The notes under the pieces: model-generated | Told to the model about the DNA's origin: nothing | Databases searched by the model: none | The model's input: the letters and a program-made list of their open reading frames with translations, nothing else | From: Pseudogymnoascus verrucosus | Taxonomy: Eukaryota | Assembly: GCA_001662655.1 (NCBI GenBank) | Contig: KV460222.1 | DNA: 64,000 nt | Strand: one strand, 5' to 3' | In this document: positions 61,626-64,000 of the stretch, in pieces | How positions within the stretch are numbered: position 1 is the stretch's first letter | Layout of the letters: every line of letters begins with the position of its first letter | Position numbers and translations under genes: made by a program

Positions 61626-62176
61626 GGCGCTGATATCGGAACGAGTGTTAGTGCTTTAATATATTAGACCTTATATACGGCAAGATGAGATTTTCGAAAG
61701 CAAAGTATTGACTGTATCTGAAAAGGATTTATGGTTATGGTGGCTTGTTTATTTGGAGCATGGGAAACGACTGGTTGACAGACAGCCCCTCCATCGTCAC
61801 GTTATCATGACAGCTCAACAACCAACATGCGGGGTAAGTTTTAGGGGGTGTTGAAGCTGCTCGGCAGAGTAAATTTCAGTAACTCGCCATGTCTAAATCG
61901 TGGATAACCCGGTAGCTATAGATTTATTATGTGGTATTTTACAATGTAACGCTCGAAGTGAATGACTTTGAACGACTTGATATAATAATTATCATTGTCG
62001 GGGGCAAATAATCTTTCTGCTCCTTCATGCTCTCACCATAAAATCACGTGACAGCTTCGGTGACGCCCTCGGTAACTTCCGATAGCTGGGGAGGTTGTCC
62101 AGTCAAAGTAACCATCAGAGCTCATCCAGAGCTCAATCATCGCCCCAATCGACACTCCAGGCATACCGACTTGAGA

Positions 62177-62891
62177 ATGTCTTCAGATCTACCGCTTCAA
62201 ATTGGAGAGACGTTACAAAGTCTCTCTATCAATCGCAATCCCTCCACGACCCATGATATCAACCCGAGCACCGCCGCTTCAGAAAAAGTACCCGTGACGG
62301 TCGAGGAGACAACTCTGGACGCCGAGTCGTATTCTTCGTCGCTTGCCGGCTCAGATATTGACGATGAAGAAGAATACTCCTATAATATTATCCGCCCAAC
62401 ACGCCGGCGGCAGTCACTCCCTCCGCTTCCGGATCTGCGATTCGAACAGAGCTATCTAGCTAGCATTGCGGACGCGGAGACATACCAGATGGTTGCATAT
62501 ATCACAATAAGAGACCAAGTATGTTGCTATAGCTTGAATATTCTGGGTTTACGCGAGAGACACTTGCTAATATACAGCAGGTAATCCTCCCTCTGCTTCA
62601 AGGCACGATGTGGACACTTGCTCTCCAAGGCTGGCGTCACTGGAACAGAGGCACAAAGCTCTCTGGCAAAAACGCTGGTGCACGGATTCGACGCTGGTGG
62701 TGGAGGGTCAACAACTGGCCACTAGACCAGAGTGCATCTTCAATTATAAGGTCGGCGAGCAAGGACAAGAAATTCGCCTTTAAAACCAAGGAGGTGAGAG
62801 GCGACCCGTTTTCGTGACAGGCAAGTCGCAGGGGCTGACTCCATAACCTTTCCAGTTCTATGAGATGCAACAGAGTTCTGGTGGAGATTGA
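62177..62891 (+). CDS. DUF1770-type conserved fungal protein
   Basis: PPLPDLRFEQSYLASI, YITIRDQ/VILPLLQG..W....GWRHWNR, GARIRRWWW; three exons inferred. Confidence 0.72.
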
Positions 62892-63609
62892 ACAAATATA
62901 TATAATGGCAACATGGGTTGAAACGGTGGAGGAATATGGTCGCGACGGCTGCGATGGATTTACACCACTTTTTTCGCAACCATGATGGGATAGCAATCTG
63001 GCTGGAGTTTGGAGTTTGTGGAGCGTCAACGTATATTGGCGCCTGGGAGCATAGAGCACATCTTTCAGTGCCGCGAGTACTGATACTGGCCTGGAGTATT
63101 ATTCTCCAGCGACGTCCAGGAGAACAAATACCCACCAACGGGACATATCCGGAAAGGAAAGAAGGGCTTGTATATAAACATATACTACTTCGTGTTACAT
63201 TCTATAGACTCGAAGTAGACCATGTTGTACATTATAATCCATGCATTGAGTCTGAAACTCGTGTCTGGTCTGGTCCGCATATGCTTCATTTCAACATTAT
63301 GGTACTGATAAGTAGTTTCGAAGACAATACTGGATATGGTATTCTAACTATGAGATAAATTCTTGTTTGGTTTTCCCGCTAGTTGATTTTGAACTGTGTT
63401 GTCCTTGTGGCTTTCCATGATCGACCTTGTCTGACCTTATGAATGAGGCTGAGAGAATGACCCCACTTCGATGCATCCACCCAAGCTATCGCTTGTGACT
63501 AAGCTTCCAATGGTAAAAGACAACTTGCAATTTCTGTCTTTCTTTCGAAAACATCAACAGCTCCAAAAGAATTTTCTTTTTGCTATAGGTTCCATCCAAG
63601 CTAACAACC

Positions 63610-64000
63610 ATGTCAGCTGTGGACATGTTCTTTGCGGCGCCGCCAGTGACTAGGTATGCTCTACTTTCTTCTTGACACTGGAAAGGCAGAGCTAACCCAG
63701 GCTTCCACAGGACACTGACGGCGCTCACGTTTTTCATTTCCGTCGCCCACTATGCTGGTCTCGTACCAGGCATATTCAATTGGATATATTTCCATCATTC
63801 ACACATATTCAAATTCCCACCTCAGTTGTGGCGGTTTGCGACATGCTTCATGCTCACTGGCGAGAGGTTTAGCATCCTGATGGACCCATACTACAGTGAG
63901 CATGGGCCAGGTTCACCATCCACCGAGCTTTACTAATATGTTATAAGTGTACATATATGGGAAGAAGTGCGAGACCGGCTCGTCCAAGTTCACGAAGCCA
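63610..64000 (+). CDS. Derlin family (Der1/Dfm1-like) protein, 5' part only; runs off the window
   Basis: MSAVDMFFAAPPVTR/TL..., PPQLWRFATCF (WR motif), ILMDPY; two introns. Confidence 0.8.

Overview
Eukaryotic, intron-containing DNA from a filamentous ascomycete. Introns are short GT-AG with CTAAC-type branch points; a Pezizomycotina, possibly Leotiomycete, origin is inferred, not determined. About 23 protein genes were reconstructed by hand; CDS spans include introns. Most are core genes: Sat4/Hal4-type kinase, CaMKK-like kinase, BET5, PEX3, ATG101, aspartokinase, forkhead TF, MID1, RFX TF, YOP1, ZNF511-like, Est1/Ebs1-like, ADO1, RPL2, WHIM1/WSD protein, ELP2, CAF16, DUF1770 and a partial derlin. 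A ~9 kb accessory-looking block (22.4-31.3 kb) holds an AzgA-type purine permease, a fungal NLR (TM helix + SesB-like hydrolase + NACHT + ankyrins) and an intronless bacterial-type beta-glucuronidase with a signal peptide. Upstream of that gene is an ~800 bp degenerate repeat array with ten same-strand GCGGGG sites. Other notable signals: an inverted MCB pair bracketing a forkhead site upstream of the forkhead gene, an RPL2 start codon split by an intron, an overlapping uORF on aspartokinase, and a 24-bp-period repeat between ELP2 and CAF16. No tRNA, rRNA, CRISPR array or recognisable transposon was seen.
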